Source: an uncultured Methanomassiliicoccales archaeon
GTDB lineage: Archaea > Thermoplasmatota > Thermoplasmata > Methanomassiliicoccales > CAZOLG01
Length of the DNA: 64,000 nt
Assembly (NCBI GenBank): GCA_964580935.1
Contig: CAZOLG010000005.1
Coordinates: 10,988-74,987 of the forward strand
Direction of reading: 5' to 3'
This document shows positions 19,082 to 29,084 of the stretch, piece by piece. How positions within the stretch are numbered: the first letter of the stretch is position 1; each line of letters opens with the position of its first letter. The translations under genes were made by a program, and so were the position numbers. The notes under the pieces are model-generated. The model saw nothing but the letters and a program-made list of their open reading frames with translations, searched no databases and was not told where the DNA came from.

Positions 19082-19773
19082 ACCTCACCGCGGGGCAACA
19101 GGATAAACCCATCCTGTTCGTCTCCCACCAGCTCAGTCCTCCTACTGCCATAAATCCAATGGGTATACACGCATAGTACACCTATCAAAGCATCGAGTTT
19201 GTCCATAGTGGTGGCGAGCTCGCCAGGAGTGGCGCCGATTATCTCTTTCTGTAGTTGCGGTGTTTCAACTGGTACCCATTGATTCAGTATATCCAGGACC
19301 TGCAGGGCCGCCCGCCGCCTCTCTTCAGCTGGCCCTTTCTTGTATCTAGGGATTTCACCACCGGTCAGCACGTTCAGGGCGCCGTAGGGATACACCTCGT
19401 ACATCCCCCCGGGATTGGTATCAGAATCTGCAAGAGAGTAGCCCATTTTCATCAGTTCTTCCCTCAACCTCTCTCCCCTGCACCCCCCAAATTTCCTGTT
19501 CATGAAATCTCGGCTGGTGGGAAGGACATGGATCCCCCTGTTGAACAGTTCCCTCTCACAACCCCTCAAGCCCTCCCCATCGGGCACTACCAGCGGAGCA
19601 TCGATGCCCACCCAAGTGTGCCGGCAGTCGTTCAGTGTCCTCAGTATATCGTCGTCACTCTTTACAAGAAACAGGTCTTCGATCTCGCAATCAGTATTCA
19701 TTATGCAGACACCAGTTTTCTTCTCCCAGGGAGGCTCTGCCTTCCAGGCGAGATCGATGCCTACGAAATGCAT
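19072..19773 (-). CDS. DUF429 family protein (predicted RNase H-fold nuclease)
   Basis: 233 aa. The blocks GIDLAW...GIDAPLVVP...CERE are typical of DUF429. Confidence 0.62.
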   Translation of the reverse strand: MHFVGIDLAWKAEPPWEKKTGVCIMNTDCEIEDLFLVKSDDDILRTLNDCRHTWVGIDAPLVVPDGEGLRGCERELFNRGIHVLPTSRDFMNRKFGGCRGERLREELMKMGYSLADSDTNPGGMYEVYPYGALNVLTGGEIPRYKKGPAEERRRAALQVLDILNQWVPVETPQLQKEIIGATPGELATTMDKLDALIGVLCVYTHWIYGSRRTELVGDEQDGFILLPRGEVCQ

Positions 19774-19822
19774 ATGATGGTGATGGGAGCAACCGGTTAA
19801 GTTATTGTTGCATCGGTGAGAC

Positions 19823-22108
19823 TCATTCTCCCAATTCGATCTCAGTGAGGTTCGTTCCAGGCTGCTCGGATTCGGGGGTCGCTACTCTCTTGTATATGAG
19901 CACCGGACACCTGACTCCCTTGGTTATTCTGTCCTGCATGGGGCCGAGAACGAATTTATCCCATCTCCTGGCACCACTCACACCCAGGGCCAGTAGATCC
20001 GTATCCGTCGAGTAAGAGATCGCCCCGTCCACTATGGATTTGGACCTCACCTCCCTGGTGATGACCGGAACATCGTATGACTTCACTATCGATTCTAACC
20101 TCTGAGAATACTCTCTAGCACGGTCGAAGTGGTCCTCTTTTACTATCACGTTCATGATGGTGATCCTGCCTCCGCTGGAAAGGGCTATTTCGCTTGCCAC
20201 TTCAGTGGCCTTGCTCACATGCCACATGCCTCCGGAAAGGATGGTAATGCTCTCTGGAGAGAGACGTCCTTCTGACTTCAATACTATGACGTCACAGGGT
20301 GCCTTTCTTAATATTTCGTCCATCTTCCTGCCCAAGACGTCCTTCTTGCTCTCGGCGTAACCTTTCCATCCCAGAAGGATCATGTTTACACCCTCGTCCT
20401 TCGCTGTATCCACAATCGCCCTCGCAATGTCGTGAGAGACGGACACTAACGCCCTGGTCTTTATGCCCTTGAGGTCGGCCTGAAGCTTGACCTTCTCCAG
20501 CATCCTCTTCTTCTGTTGAATGAGGTCTTTATCTACAGCATCCAGGGGGGCGGAAGTGGGCACCTCAATGACCGTGTGGAGAAGCAGTTCTCCGTCACGG
20601 TTATTCGCGATGATCGCCCCCAGGTCCTGTAGTGACCTGATGTTGCTGGGATCATCGATAGGTATCATTACCCTGTACCTCTCCTTGGTCTCCTCGTCCA
20701 TGGGCTCCCTCTCCGGGAGTTCGATCCTTTCGATCTCCTCCCTAGCACCGCTGAAGTAGTGAATGACCAGTCCCACGTATATCGCGCCTATGGCCACGTA
20801 CCAGGACAGAGGTTCGATATCGAAGATGGCTATGGCTAGAAACAGCTGGGTGATGATGCCTGCAATCGGTATCCAGGGGAAGAACGGCGTTACGAACTCC
20901 CGGTTAGCATCTGGCCTCAGTTTCCTCATATTGATGGCCGCCCAGTTGACCAGCACGAAGAGTAGAAGGATGAGAATGTCAGCTACCATGGCCACCTGCT
21001 CGATGGGCATGAATACGGACATTATGACTATGATCACACCACTGAAAATGATGGCCGTAGAAGGGGTCATATTCCTGGGGTGGAGTTTCCCGAAGCTCTC
21101 CGGAAGAGTACCGTCCCTTCCCATAGCGAAGGAGACGCGGGAGGTGGAAAATACCACCGAATTGATGGCCGCGAGTGAGCCGATGATTACGCCGATGGCG
21201 ATCAGGCCTGGGCCCATTATGGGCACCACCTGTTCGGATGTCCTGGCAAGGGCCTCCGTACCCCAATCGGCCACCGAAGGCCAGCCGGAGACCGCGATAG
21301 TGAGAGCGGTGATGATCACGAAGATCACGGCACTGATGAAAATGCAGAGGAACATCGCTTTAGGAACCACCTTTTCCGCGTTCTTCGCCTCTTCACCGGT
21401 CTGGGCAACGATCTCGTACCCCTCGAATATCATGAACGTGAAACCCATGGCACCGGCGAGGCTCATCAGCCCGAACGGCATGAATGGTTCAAAGGACTGG
21501 GGAGCGGGGCCAGTGGTGAGGATGCTGTGAAGGGCGAACAGGATGTATAGCACTACCATTCCCACCAGAACGAAGGACACATATACTTGGGAACGTCCAG
21601 TTCCCCTCACACCTCTGTAGTTCAGCCAGCTGAATACTGCTGCGATGACCACCGCAAAGATCTTGATGAGCATATCGGCCCCGATGCCGGGCACAGTGAT
21701 GTTGTACTGTGCCATCAGCCAGGTGATGCCTTCACCGAAACCCAGCACGTACACCGCACAGGCTATACAGTGGCCCACCCAGGACATCCACCCTCCCAGA
21801 AATCCCAGTGGTGGGAACAATCCTTCTCTGACCCATAAGTAGCCTCCACCGGTCTCGGGAAAGGCACTGCTCAACTCCATGTATGATAAAGCGGTCAACG
21901 TCGTTACCAGGAAATTCAGTATCAAGACCAGGATCAGGGCGGGACCCGCGATGCCCACGCCCAGTCCTACCAGAAGGAAGATTGTGGAACCGATGTTAGG
22001 TCCCAGACCTATCATCAAGACCTCCCAGAGGCCCAAATCCCTTTGTAGAGATACTTCGACTTCTTCAGTACCTCCAATAGCTTCCTGTATTTCCTCCATA
22101 ATGGCCAA
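19823..22108 (-). CDS. APC-family amino-acid permease fused to tandem C-terminal universal stress protein (Usp) domains
   Basis: 761 aa. The N-terminal ~450 aa are polytopic and APC-like. The C-terminal ~290 aa have two Usp-like repeats (RVMIPIDDP... and ILSGGMWH...). Confidence 0.82.
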   Translation of the reverse strand: MAIMEEIQEAIGGTEEVEVSLQRDLGLWEVLMIGLGPNIGSTIFLLVGLGVGIAGPALILVLILNFLVTTLTALSYMELSSAFPETGGGYLWVREGLFPPLGFLGGWMSWVGHCIACAVYVLGFGEGITWLMAQYNITVPGIGADMLIKIFAVVIAAVFSWLNYRGVRGTGRSQVYVSFVLVGMVVLYILFALHSILTTGPAPQSFEPFMPFGLMSLAGAMGFTFMIFEGYEIVAQTGEEAKNAEKVVPKAMFLCIFISAVIFVIITALTIAVSGWPSVADWGTEALARTSEQVVPIMGPGLIAIGVIIGSLAAINSVVFSTSRVSFAMGRDGTLPESFGKLHPRNMTPSTAIIFSGVIIVIMSVFMPIEQVAMVADILILLLFVLVNWAAINMRKLRPDANREFVTPFFPWIPIAGIITQLFLAIAIFDIEPLSWYVAIGAIYVGLVIHYFSGAREEIERIELPEREPMDEETKERYRVMIPIDDPSNIRSLQDLGAIIANNRDGELLLHTVIEVPTSAPLDAVDKDLIQQKKRMLEKVKLQADLKGIKTRALVSVSHDIARAIVDTAKDEGVNMILLGWKGYAESKKDVLGRKMDEILRKAPCDVIVLKSEGRLSPESITILSGGMWHVSKATEVASEIALSSGGRITIMNVIVKEDHFDRAREYSQRLESIVKSYDVPVITREVRSKSIVDGAISYSTDTDLLALGVSGARRWDKFVLGPMQDRITKGVRCPVLIYKRVATPESEQPGTNLTEIELGE

Positions 22109-22420
22109 CCCGAGTTAATAATTACACAGATATTAGTGTTTTCATATGGAAATAGTATGATCTCAATTGCAGAACATCGATGTTTTCATTCCCAGAACAC
22201 TTCACCCGTTCGAATTTTATCTGTCAGAGTGCAAGAAAATGGTTCTCGATTCGAGATTGATCGGAGTATCCATCGTGCACAGCCTTACTGCAGACGGGCT
22301 TAGGTCCAGGAATATCGCCGACCGCTCAAATTATAATAGATAAGGTTTATTTGCGTTCATTCTATATAGTGTTGGCATACAGTCCAGATGGTATGCTTCT
22401 AGAATCTAGGAGGAGAACTC

Positions 22421-23974
22421 GTGGTAAACATAGAACGGGCTTTGATTAGTGTATCGAACAAAGAAGGGATAGTCGATTTCGGCAGGGGATTGAAAGAACT
22501 CGGAGTAAAGATTATCTCCACCGGCGGCACAGCTGCCCTTCTTAACGAGAACGGTGTGAAGACCGTCGGAATCTCAGAAGTGACAGGCTTTCCAGAAATG
22601 CTAGATGGTAGAGTGAAGACCCTGCACCCCAAGGTGCATGCCGGTCTATTGGCGAGAAGAGATATTCCCGAGCATATGGAGCAGCTGGAAGACCTTGATA
22701 TCAGGAAGATCGACATGGTGGTCTGCAACCTGTATCCTTTCAGAGAGACGGTGATGAAGGAGGACTCAACCTTCGAGGACATCATCGAGAATATCGATAT
22801 CGGGGGACCCACCATGATCAGGTCGGCGGCCAAGAACTTCAGGTCCGTGGCCGTGGTGACTTCTCCGGAGAGATACGAGGAGCTGTTGGAGGAGATGAAG
22901 AGTTCTGGCGGCTCTCTGAGCGAGGAGACCATGAATACGTTGTTGCTCGAGGCGTTCAGAACCACTGCCCACTACGACGCAATGATCTCTTCCTACCTTC
23001 AGAACAACCTCTCAAACGAACTGTTTCCGTCCACGCTATCAATCGGCCTGGAGAAGGTGCAGGAACTGCGATACGGGGAGAACCCGGATCAGCAGGCCGC
23101 CTTCTATTCAGATCCTTTCTGTACCGGCACATGTGTGGCCAAGAGTGAGAAACTGCATGGTAAGGAGCTCTCATACAACAACATACTGGACCTGGATGCG
23201 GCGATGGAGATCGTGAGGGAGTTCGACAGGCCCACCGCGGTGGTGATGAAACACACCAACCCCTGTGGTATAGCCAGTTCTGAGACTATCAGCGAGGCTT
23301 TCCGTGTCGCTCACGCTGTGGACCCCATGTCCGCTTTCGGTTGTGTGGTCAGCCTCAACAGGAGGGTCGACCTGGCCACTGCCGAAGAGATCTCGAAGCA
23401 CTTCGTAGAGGCTGTGATCGCACCTGATCTCTCTTCTGAAGCCTTCAACCTGCTCACCCAGAAGAAGAATATCAGATTGCTTCAAACCAACCAGCCCATC
23501 ACCAGGGAAGAAGATCCTGGGAAGAGCATGAAGAGCATCAAGGGAGGGATGCTCACCCAGACCAAATCGTATGTGGACCTGACTCCCGAGGATCTGAAAG
23601 TGGTCACCGACAGAGAGCCCACTGAGGACGAACTGGAGGCCCTATTGTTCGGATGGAAGGCGGTCAAACATGTGTGGTCCAATGCCATTGTTCTTTCCAA
23701 GAAAGACAGGCTGGTGGGCATAGGCGCTGGCCAGATGAGCAGAGTGGATGCTTCGATGATCGCTGCCCATAAGGCCGAGGACAGGGCCCAGGGTAGCGTA
23801 ATGGCCTCCGACGCTTTCTTCCCCTTCCGAGACGGGGTGGATGAGGCGGCCAAAGTGGGCGTGACTGCCATCATACAGCCCGGAGGTTCTATCAGGGACG
23901 AGGAGGTCATCCAGGCGGCCAACGAGCACGGTATGGCCATGGTGTTCACCGGCAACAGGGTATTTAGGCATTGA
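22421..23974 (+). CDS. purH: Bifunctional AICAR transformylase / IMP cyclohydrolase PurH
   Basis: 517 aa. It shows RALISVSNKEG...ISTGGTA, GRVKTLHP and a full-length PurH architecture. GTG start behind GGAGGAG. Confidence 0.92.
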   Translation: MVNIERALISVSNKEGIVDFGRGLKELGVKIISTGGTAALLNENGVKTVGISEVTGFPEMLDGRVKTLHPKVHAGLLARRDIPEHMEQLEDLDIRKIDMVVCNLYPFRETVMKEDSTFEDIIENIDIGGPTMIRSAAKNFRSVAVVTSPERYEELLEEMKSSGGSLSEETMNTLLLEAFRTTAHYDAMISSYLQNNLSNELFPSTLSIGLEKVQELRYGENPDQQAAFYSDPFCTGTCVAKSEKLHGKELSYNNILDLDAAMEIVREFDRPTAVVMKHTNPCGIASSETISEAFRVAHAVDPMSAFGCVVSLNRRVDLATAEEISKHFVEAVIAPDLSSEAFNLLTQKKNIRLLQTNQPITREEDPGKSMKSIKGGMLTQTKSYVDLTPEDLKVVTDREPTEDELEALLFGWKAVKHVWSNAIVLSKKDRLVGIGAGQMSRVDASMIAAHKAEDRAQGSVMASDAFFPFRDGVDEAAKVGVTAIIQPGGSIRDEEVIQAANEHGMAMVFTGNRVFRH

Positions 23975-24037
23975 ACCGGATTGTGGCAGAAACGTCCGGT
24001 CCGCTCCGGACGTACGACAGAAAAGGAGCCCGAGAAG

Positions 24038-25513
24038 ATGAGTGACCCCAAGACTAAAGTACCGAAATGCATGAGCACCCAGCACCCTGATAATGTGAAT
24101 CCTCCCTTCTTTGCAGAACAGCCTGAACTAGGTGGAGAGGACGAGATCCAGGAGGCCTTCTACGCCTTCTCCCACCTCCGTTGTGATGAGCAGATGTGGG
24201 ACTGTGAAGGAAAGGAGGTGGATGACTTCGTGGTCAAGAAGCTGCTTGCCAAGCACGGACCTTTCCTCGAAGAGAACAGACTGGGCGAGGACATCTTTCT
24301 GACGCTGAGGGTTCCCAACCCCACGGTGGAGAAAGAGGAGGCGAAAATACTGCTGGAATCGCTGGAGAGCATACCCCGTTCCTTCGACACCGCCCGACTG
24401 TTCTACGATGACTCTACACCGCCCATCTTCGAGGTGATACTTCCCATGGCCTCGTCAGCAATCGGTCTGGACAGGATTTACAAGTACTACAGGGACTTCG
24501 TGGTGGGCAAGCAGACCAGGTCGTTGATCAAGGGCGACATCGCCATCTCAGAATGGATCGGGGAGTTCTACCCGGAGACGATCAACGTCATCCCGTTGTT
24601 CGAGGACGTTGACCATATGCTCAACGCCGATCAGATCACCAAGGAATATCTTGAAGACAAGGACGTGGAGTATCAGCGCGTATTCCTCGCCCGTTCGGAC
24701 CCAGCTCTGAATTACGGGTTAGTCACTGCGGTGCTCCTCAACTGGATATCACTACAACGGCTGCATCATTTAGAGGAGGAAATCGATGTAGACATTTTAC
24801 CCATTATCGGCATAGGCTCAGCCCCTTTCAGGGGCAACTTCCGTCCGTCCACTGTGGAGAGACTGATGGAGGAGTATTCTTTCGTGCACACATTCACCGT
24901 CCAGTCCGCGTTCAAATACGACAACCCTCACTACGAAGTGAAAGAGGCCATAGAGAAGATAAGGGATAACGAGAGATCTCCCATGAGGGAGATCGACGAG
25001 GAGCGCTGCCTGGATATTATAGACAGGTACTCCAAGGAATACCGGAACCAGGTGACATCGCTGGCCAGTATGGTGAATGATCTGGTCAAATTCATACCAC
25101 GTAGGAGGAGAAGGAAGCTGCACATAGGGCTCTTCGGTTACTCCAGAGATATGGAGGGTTTCTCACTCCCCAGAGCAATCGGTTTCACCGCTTCCCTGTA
25201 CTCGGTGGGCATCCCTCCGGAAGTCCTGGGCCTGAACGCCCTTGAGGAAGACGATCTACAGTTCCTGATGGAGATGTGGCCCCACTTCGAGAAGGACCTG
25301 GGGGACGCTTTGAGGTACTTGAACCAGGACTCTCTTAATATTCTGCCTGACGAACTCAACCGTGCGATCAGGCAACTGCCCTTCAACTATGAAACGGACA
25401 TAGAACACGAGAGGCTCACCGCCAGTATTATGAAAGACTACAGGAGGAAGAACACGGACAACACCAAGGATAACATACTGCAGGCGGCCAATATCAGAAA
25501 ATTCCTGGGGTAG
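24038..25513 (+). CDS. ppcA: Archaeal-type phosphoenolpyruvate carboxylase (PpcA)
   Basis: The likely start is ATG 24038 behind AAAAGGAG. The N-terminal KVPKCMSTQHPDNV is the hallmark of archaeal PpcA. About 490 aa. Confidence 0.85.
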   Translation: MSDPKTKVPKCMSTQHPDNVNPPFFAEQPELGGEDEIQEAFYAFSHLRCDEQMWDCEGKEVDDFVVKKLLAKHGPFLEENRLGEDIFLTLRVPNPTVEKEEAKILLESLESIPRSFDTARLFYDDSTPPIFEVILPMASSAIGLDRIYKYYRDFVVGKQTRSLIKGDIAISEWIGEFYPETINVIPLFEDVDHMLNADQITKEYLEDKDVEYQRVFLARSDPALNYGLVTAVLLNWISLQRLHHLEEEIDVDILPIIGIGSAPFRGNFRPSTVERLMEEYSFVHTFTVQSAFKYDNPHYEVKEAIEKIRDNERSPMREIDEERCLDIIDRYSKEYRNQVTSLASMVNDLVKFIPRRRRRKLHIGLFGYSRDMEGFSLPRAIGFTASLYSVGIPPEVLGLNALEEDDLQFLMEMWPHFEKDLGDALRYLNQDSLNILPDELNRAIRQLPFNYETDIEHERLTASIMKDYRRKNTDNTKDNILQAANIRKFLG

Positions 25514-25607
25514 TCGGACCCGCCGGACTACCTCCCCATCCCTGGTAGTAGATGCAATAAGATTATATGTGCGTTGGAATCTACGGTTGTGCAGATAGAG
25601 TGAATAA

Positions 25608-25796
25608 GTGATGACCATGCCGGCGAGAATTGAGAAGAGCTGCGAGGGTTGTGGTGTTTGCATTCCTTCATGCCCAGAAGATATAATCAAGGAGGAGGAG
25701 GGCAGGATCATCATTCAAGAAGCATTCTGTAGGTCCTGTGGCCTGTGTGTTGATTCATGCCCCGTCGGCGCCATCTCTATCCGGGAAGAGGGTTAA
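25608..25796 (+). CDS. 2x[4Fe-4S] ferredoxin
   Basis: 62 aa with two CxxCxxCxxxCP motifs (CEGCGVCIPSCP and CRSCGLCVDSCP). Confidence 0.8.
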   Translation: MMTMPARIEKSCEGCGVCIPSCPEDIIKEEEGRIIIQEAFCRSCGLCVDSCPVGAISIREEG

Positions 25797-25822
25797 GTAG
25801 ACATAAGGAGGTTCATAAATCG

Positions 25823-27778
25823 ATGACCTATTCAGTCAACTTCTTTCCTAAAAATATCACAGTCAAAGTTAAGGAGGGCACCGATCTTCTGGAGGCGGCC
25901 TATCAGGCAGGCATTGAGATTGAGAGTATTTGTGGCGGAGAGGGGACCTGTGGAAAGTGCAAAGTGGTGGTAGAGGGAGAGGTAGAGTCTCCCCCCACAG
26001 GGAAGATCTCTGAGGAAGAGAGAGAAAAGGGGTACAGGCTGGCATGTCAGACGCTGGTCAGAGGGGACGTCAACGTCCTGGTGCCCATCGAAGCGCAGGT
26101 GGCCGATCATAAGATCCTTACCAGCGCTTACCTGGCCGAATTGGAAGAGATCACGCCCCTGGTCAATTCCACATATCTCTCTCTTCCCGAACCCACGCTG
26201 GAGGACAACGTGGGAGATTTGGACCGTGTGGTCCGGGGCCTTGGTTTTGAGGACGGAGAGGTCACGGCCCCGTTGGACCTTCTGAAGAAGATGCCTTCCA
26301 CTCTGAGGGGGAACGATTGGGAAGTGACCGCGTTCTTGGAGGAGTATGAGGGGGAGAAGAAACTGATCAACCTATGTGGTGGTGACCACACCTCCAGAGA
26401 GTACGGGATTGCCGTCGACATAGGCACCACCACGGTGGTTCTCTCCCTGACCGACCTTCAGACAGGTGAGGTGATCGCCCAGGCTTCAGACTACAACAAA
26501 CAGATCCTGTGCGGTGAAGATGTACTTACCCGGATAGCTTACACGGAAGAGGAGGGTGTATCAAGACCGAACAGGCTGGTTCTGGACACGATCAACTTCC
26601 TCATTTCTCAGGTGGCAAGTGAGGTCCGGGACTGTGAAGAGGTAGAGGGGGAGATCGGGACCTGGGAGATCAACAGCATGACCGTGGCTGGGAATACCAC
26701 GATGATACACCTGTTTCTGGGACTCGACCCCCGGTACATAAGATATGAACCTTACATCCCCACCGTCAACGTACCGCCTATATTCAGGGCAGGAGAGTTA
26801 AACTTGCACATCAATCCCCAGGCCCCGGTATTCATACTGCCGGGAAGGGCCGGTTACGTGGGCGGGGATATAACCGCTGGTGTTCTGGCCACTGAACTGT
26901 ACAAGAAGTCTGAACTCTCCCTGCTCATAGATGTGGGCACCAACGGCGAAGTGGTGCTGGGCAATGAGGACTGGATGGTTGCCTGTTCCTGCAGCGCGGG
27001 CCCGGCCTTCGAGGGGGGGGAAGTAAGATACGGCATGAGGGCCATGGCGGGCGCCATAGACTCAGTGAAGATCAGCGAGGATTTCGAGGTGGAGTACACC
27101 ACCATACAGCAGGAGAAGCCCAGAGGGATCTGCGGATCAGGAATGATCGATCTTCTGGCAGATATGCTCGTTCAGGGGATTATCAACAAGAAGGGGCAGA
27201 TACAGGATGTTGCCACCGACCGGGTAAGGGAAAGAAACGATACCAAAGAATTTGTAATCGCCTGGGGACACGAGACAAGTCTGGGGGAGGACAGAATAGC
27301 CCAGATGGACGGAGAGGGAGAGATCGTGGCTGAAGAGAGCGAGGGGATAGATATCGTCATCACTGAGAACGATATAGCCAATGTGGTCAGAACCAAGGGG
27401 GCCGTCTACGCCGCCTGCAGGGTGCTGTTGAACTCCGTCGATCTCAGGTTCGAAGACCTGGATCACATCTACATCGCAGGAGGATTCGGGAACTACCTGG
27501 ACCTGGACAAAGCGATAGTCCTGGGACTCCTGCCCGACATACCCAAAGATAAGTTCACCTTCATTGGCAACGGGTCCCTGGCCGGGGCGAGACTGGCTCT
27601 ATTGTCCGAGAGAATGAGAGAGGATACGAAGGAGATCTTCAAGAAAATGACCTACTTCGAGCTCAGCACTACCAAGATGTTCTTCGATGAGTTTTCGTCT
27701 TCTCTTTTCCTACCTCATACAGAGATCAGTCAATTTCCGACCGTGGGCGCTATTCTCGACGAGAAGGAGAATCCCTAA
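25823..27778 (+). CDS. Reductive activator of corrinoid proteins (RACo/AcsV-like): [2Fe-2S] ferredoxin domain plus ASKHA ATPase
   Basis: Start ATG 25823 lies behind AAGGAGG. The N-terminus has CGGEGTCGKCKV, followed by ASKHA-like blocks (GIAVDIGTTT, DVGTNGE). About 650 aa. Confidence 0.82.
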   Translation: MTYSVNFFPKNITVKVKEGTDLLEAAYQAGIEIESICGGEGTCGKCKVVVEGEVESPPTGKISEEEREKGYRLACQTLVRGDVNVLVPIEAQVADHKILTSAYLAELEEITPLVNSTYLSLPEPTLEDNVGDLDRVVRGLGFEDGEVTAPLDLLKKMPSTLRGNDWEVTAFLEEYEGEKKLINLCGGDHTSREYGIAVDIGTTTVVLSLTDLQTGEVIAQASDYNKQILCGEDVLTRIAYTEEEGVSRPNRLVLDTINFLISQVASEVRDCEEVEGEIGTWEINSMTVAGNTTMIHLFLGLDPRYIRYEPYIPTVNVPPIFRAGELNLHINPQAPVFILPGRAGYVGGDITAGVLATELYKKSELSLLIDVGTNGEVVLGNEDWMVACSCSAGPAFEGGEVRYGMRAMAGAIDSVKISEDFEVEYTTIQQEKPRGICGSGMIDLLADMLVQGIINKKGQIQDVATDRVRERNDTKEFVIAWGHETSLGEDRIAQMDGEGEIVAEESEGIDIVITENDIANVVRTKGAVYAACRVLLNSVDLRFEDLDHIYIAGGFGNYLDLDKAIVLGLLPDIPKDKFTFIGNGSLAGARLALLSERMREDTKEIFKKMTYFELSTTKMFFDEFSSSLFLPHTEISQFPTVGAILDEKENP

Positions 27779-27911
27779 ACGGTACCGTCTTCCCGCACAG
27801 GCATTTTTCTCTTCTGTAGTTGAACAGTCCCCGTGGCAACTTTTCCCCACACTCACAGACTTCGAGATAGTCTTGTTCGATGTACTTTTCACAGAACGGA
27901 CATTCCGACAT
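27750..27911 (-). CDS. Possible small Zn-ribbon protein (53 aa), not in the supplied track
   Basis: Hand translation gives MSECPFCEKYIEQDYLEVCECGEKLPRGLFNYRREKCLCGKTVPFRDSPSRRE. It has three Cys pairs. An AT-rich TATA-like element (TATATATAATTAAT, about 27946-27960) lies upstream, and GGTGA precedes the ATG. The ORF overlaps the RACo 3' end by 29 nt. Confidence 0.3.
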   Translation of the reverse strand: MSECPFCEKYIEQDYLEVCECGEKLPRGLFNYRREKCLCGKTVPFRDSPSRRE

Positions 27912-28047
27912 CTTGTCACCGCTACTGGTAAAATACTTCGTTGATATATATAATTAATGTTCGACAAATATCGATTATGAGCGGTGAGGGGGGAGAAAAA
28001 CACCCGACTCTGTACCCAAGAAATGTTTAATAGTGACCACCTGAATT

Positions 28048-29082
28048 GTGCCAGCCGTGAACTGGAACTGCCTGCCCACCTGCATCGGGTCGCTGCCCTT
28101 CACTGATGAGAAAGAGGCCGTAGACCTGGTGCTGGCCCAACTTTCATCGATACCTTTCTGGCCTCAGCTGCCGAAGAAGGGGTTCAGGGAGAACATGTAT
28201 GCACAGTATGCCTACCACCTGCCGGGGATCGACCTGGATCATGAGGGGCAGAAGATCACTATCAATGCCGATGATTCCCAGCTTGAGAGTTTCTACTTGG
28301 AAGTGCTGGCGGAGAACATGGAACATTTCGATTACCCTGAGGACTTCTTCAGCGGGTTTCATGAGTTCATGGGCCGGGACTTGCCGGAGGACATCTGCGC
28401 GGTAAAGGGCCAGATCACGGGGCCGGTAAGCGAGGGGCTCCAGATCCTGGACCAGGGAGGGAAGCCTGTTCTATACGACGATACATACAACGAAGTGGTG
28501 CGGAAGAACCTGAACATGATGGCTCGCTGGCAGGAGGAGAGGCTGAAGGAAAAACTGGACCGTACCATCGTATTCATTGACGAACCTTATCTGTCCCTGA
28601 TGGGAACGCCCTTTGCCAGCATACCTGAACAGGCAGCCATCTCGTGGATGAACGATGTAATGGACGGCCTCGAGGGACTGGTCGGTGCACACTGCTGCGG
28701 TAATACCGACTGGCCCACGGTGATGGCCACCGGTATTGACATACTGTCATTCGACGCCTACGAATACGGGCACACGATTGCACTATACGCGGAAGAGGTG
28801 AGCGAATTCCTGGACCGCGGAGGTGCCCTGGCCTGGGGTTTCATCCCCAACACAATAGACTCTCTGCAGGGGGAAAATGTTCAGTCTCTGGTGAAGGATG
28901 CAAGAGAGCATTTCAAATCATTAGCAGAGAAAGGGATAGACCTGGATCTGATCATCAAGAATTCACTGATCACACCCCAGTGCGGTCTAGCAGAGGTTGA
29001 AGAGGCAACCAGTGTTCGCATTTTAGAGATGTTGAATCAGGTATCGGAGAGGATCAGAACGGAGTACAGTTTGGAGGACTGA
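28048..29082 (+). CDS. MetE C-terminal-like ('core MetE'-type) Zn-dependent methyltransferase
   Basis: 344 aa. MetE-type Zn/thiol-activation motifs are present: GAHCCGNTDW (His-x-Cys) and TPQCGLAE (C-terminal Cys). There is no N-terminal folate-binding barrel. The stop lies 2 nt before the cooC ATG, with GGAGGA inside its 3' end. Confidence 0.68.
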   Translation: MPAVNWNCLPTCIGSLPFTDEKEAVDLVLAQLSSIPFWPQLPKKGFRENMYAQYAYHLPGIDLDHEGQKITINADDSQLESFYLEVLAENMEHFDYPEDFFSGFHEFMGRDLPEDICAVKGQITGPVSEGLQILDQGGKPVLYDDTYNEVVRKNLNMMARWQEERLKEKLDRTIVFIDEPYLSLMGTPFASIPEQAAISWMNDVMDGLEGLVGAHCCGNTDWPTVMATGIDILSFDAYEYGHTIALYAEEVSEFLDRGGALAWGFIPNTIDSLQGENVQSLVKDAREHFKSLAEKGIDLDLIIKNSLITPQCGLAEVEEATSVRILEMLNQVSERIRTEYSLED

Positions 29083-29084
29083 CT

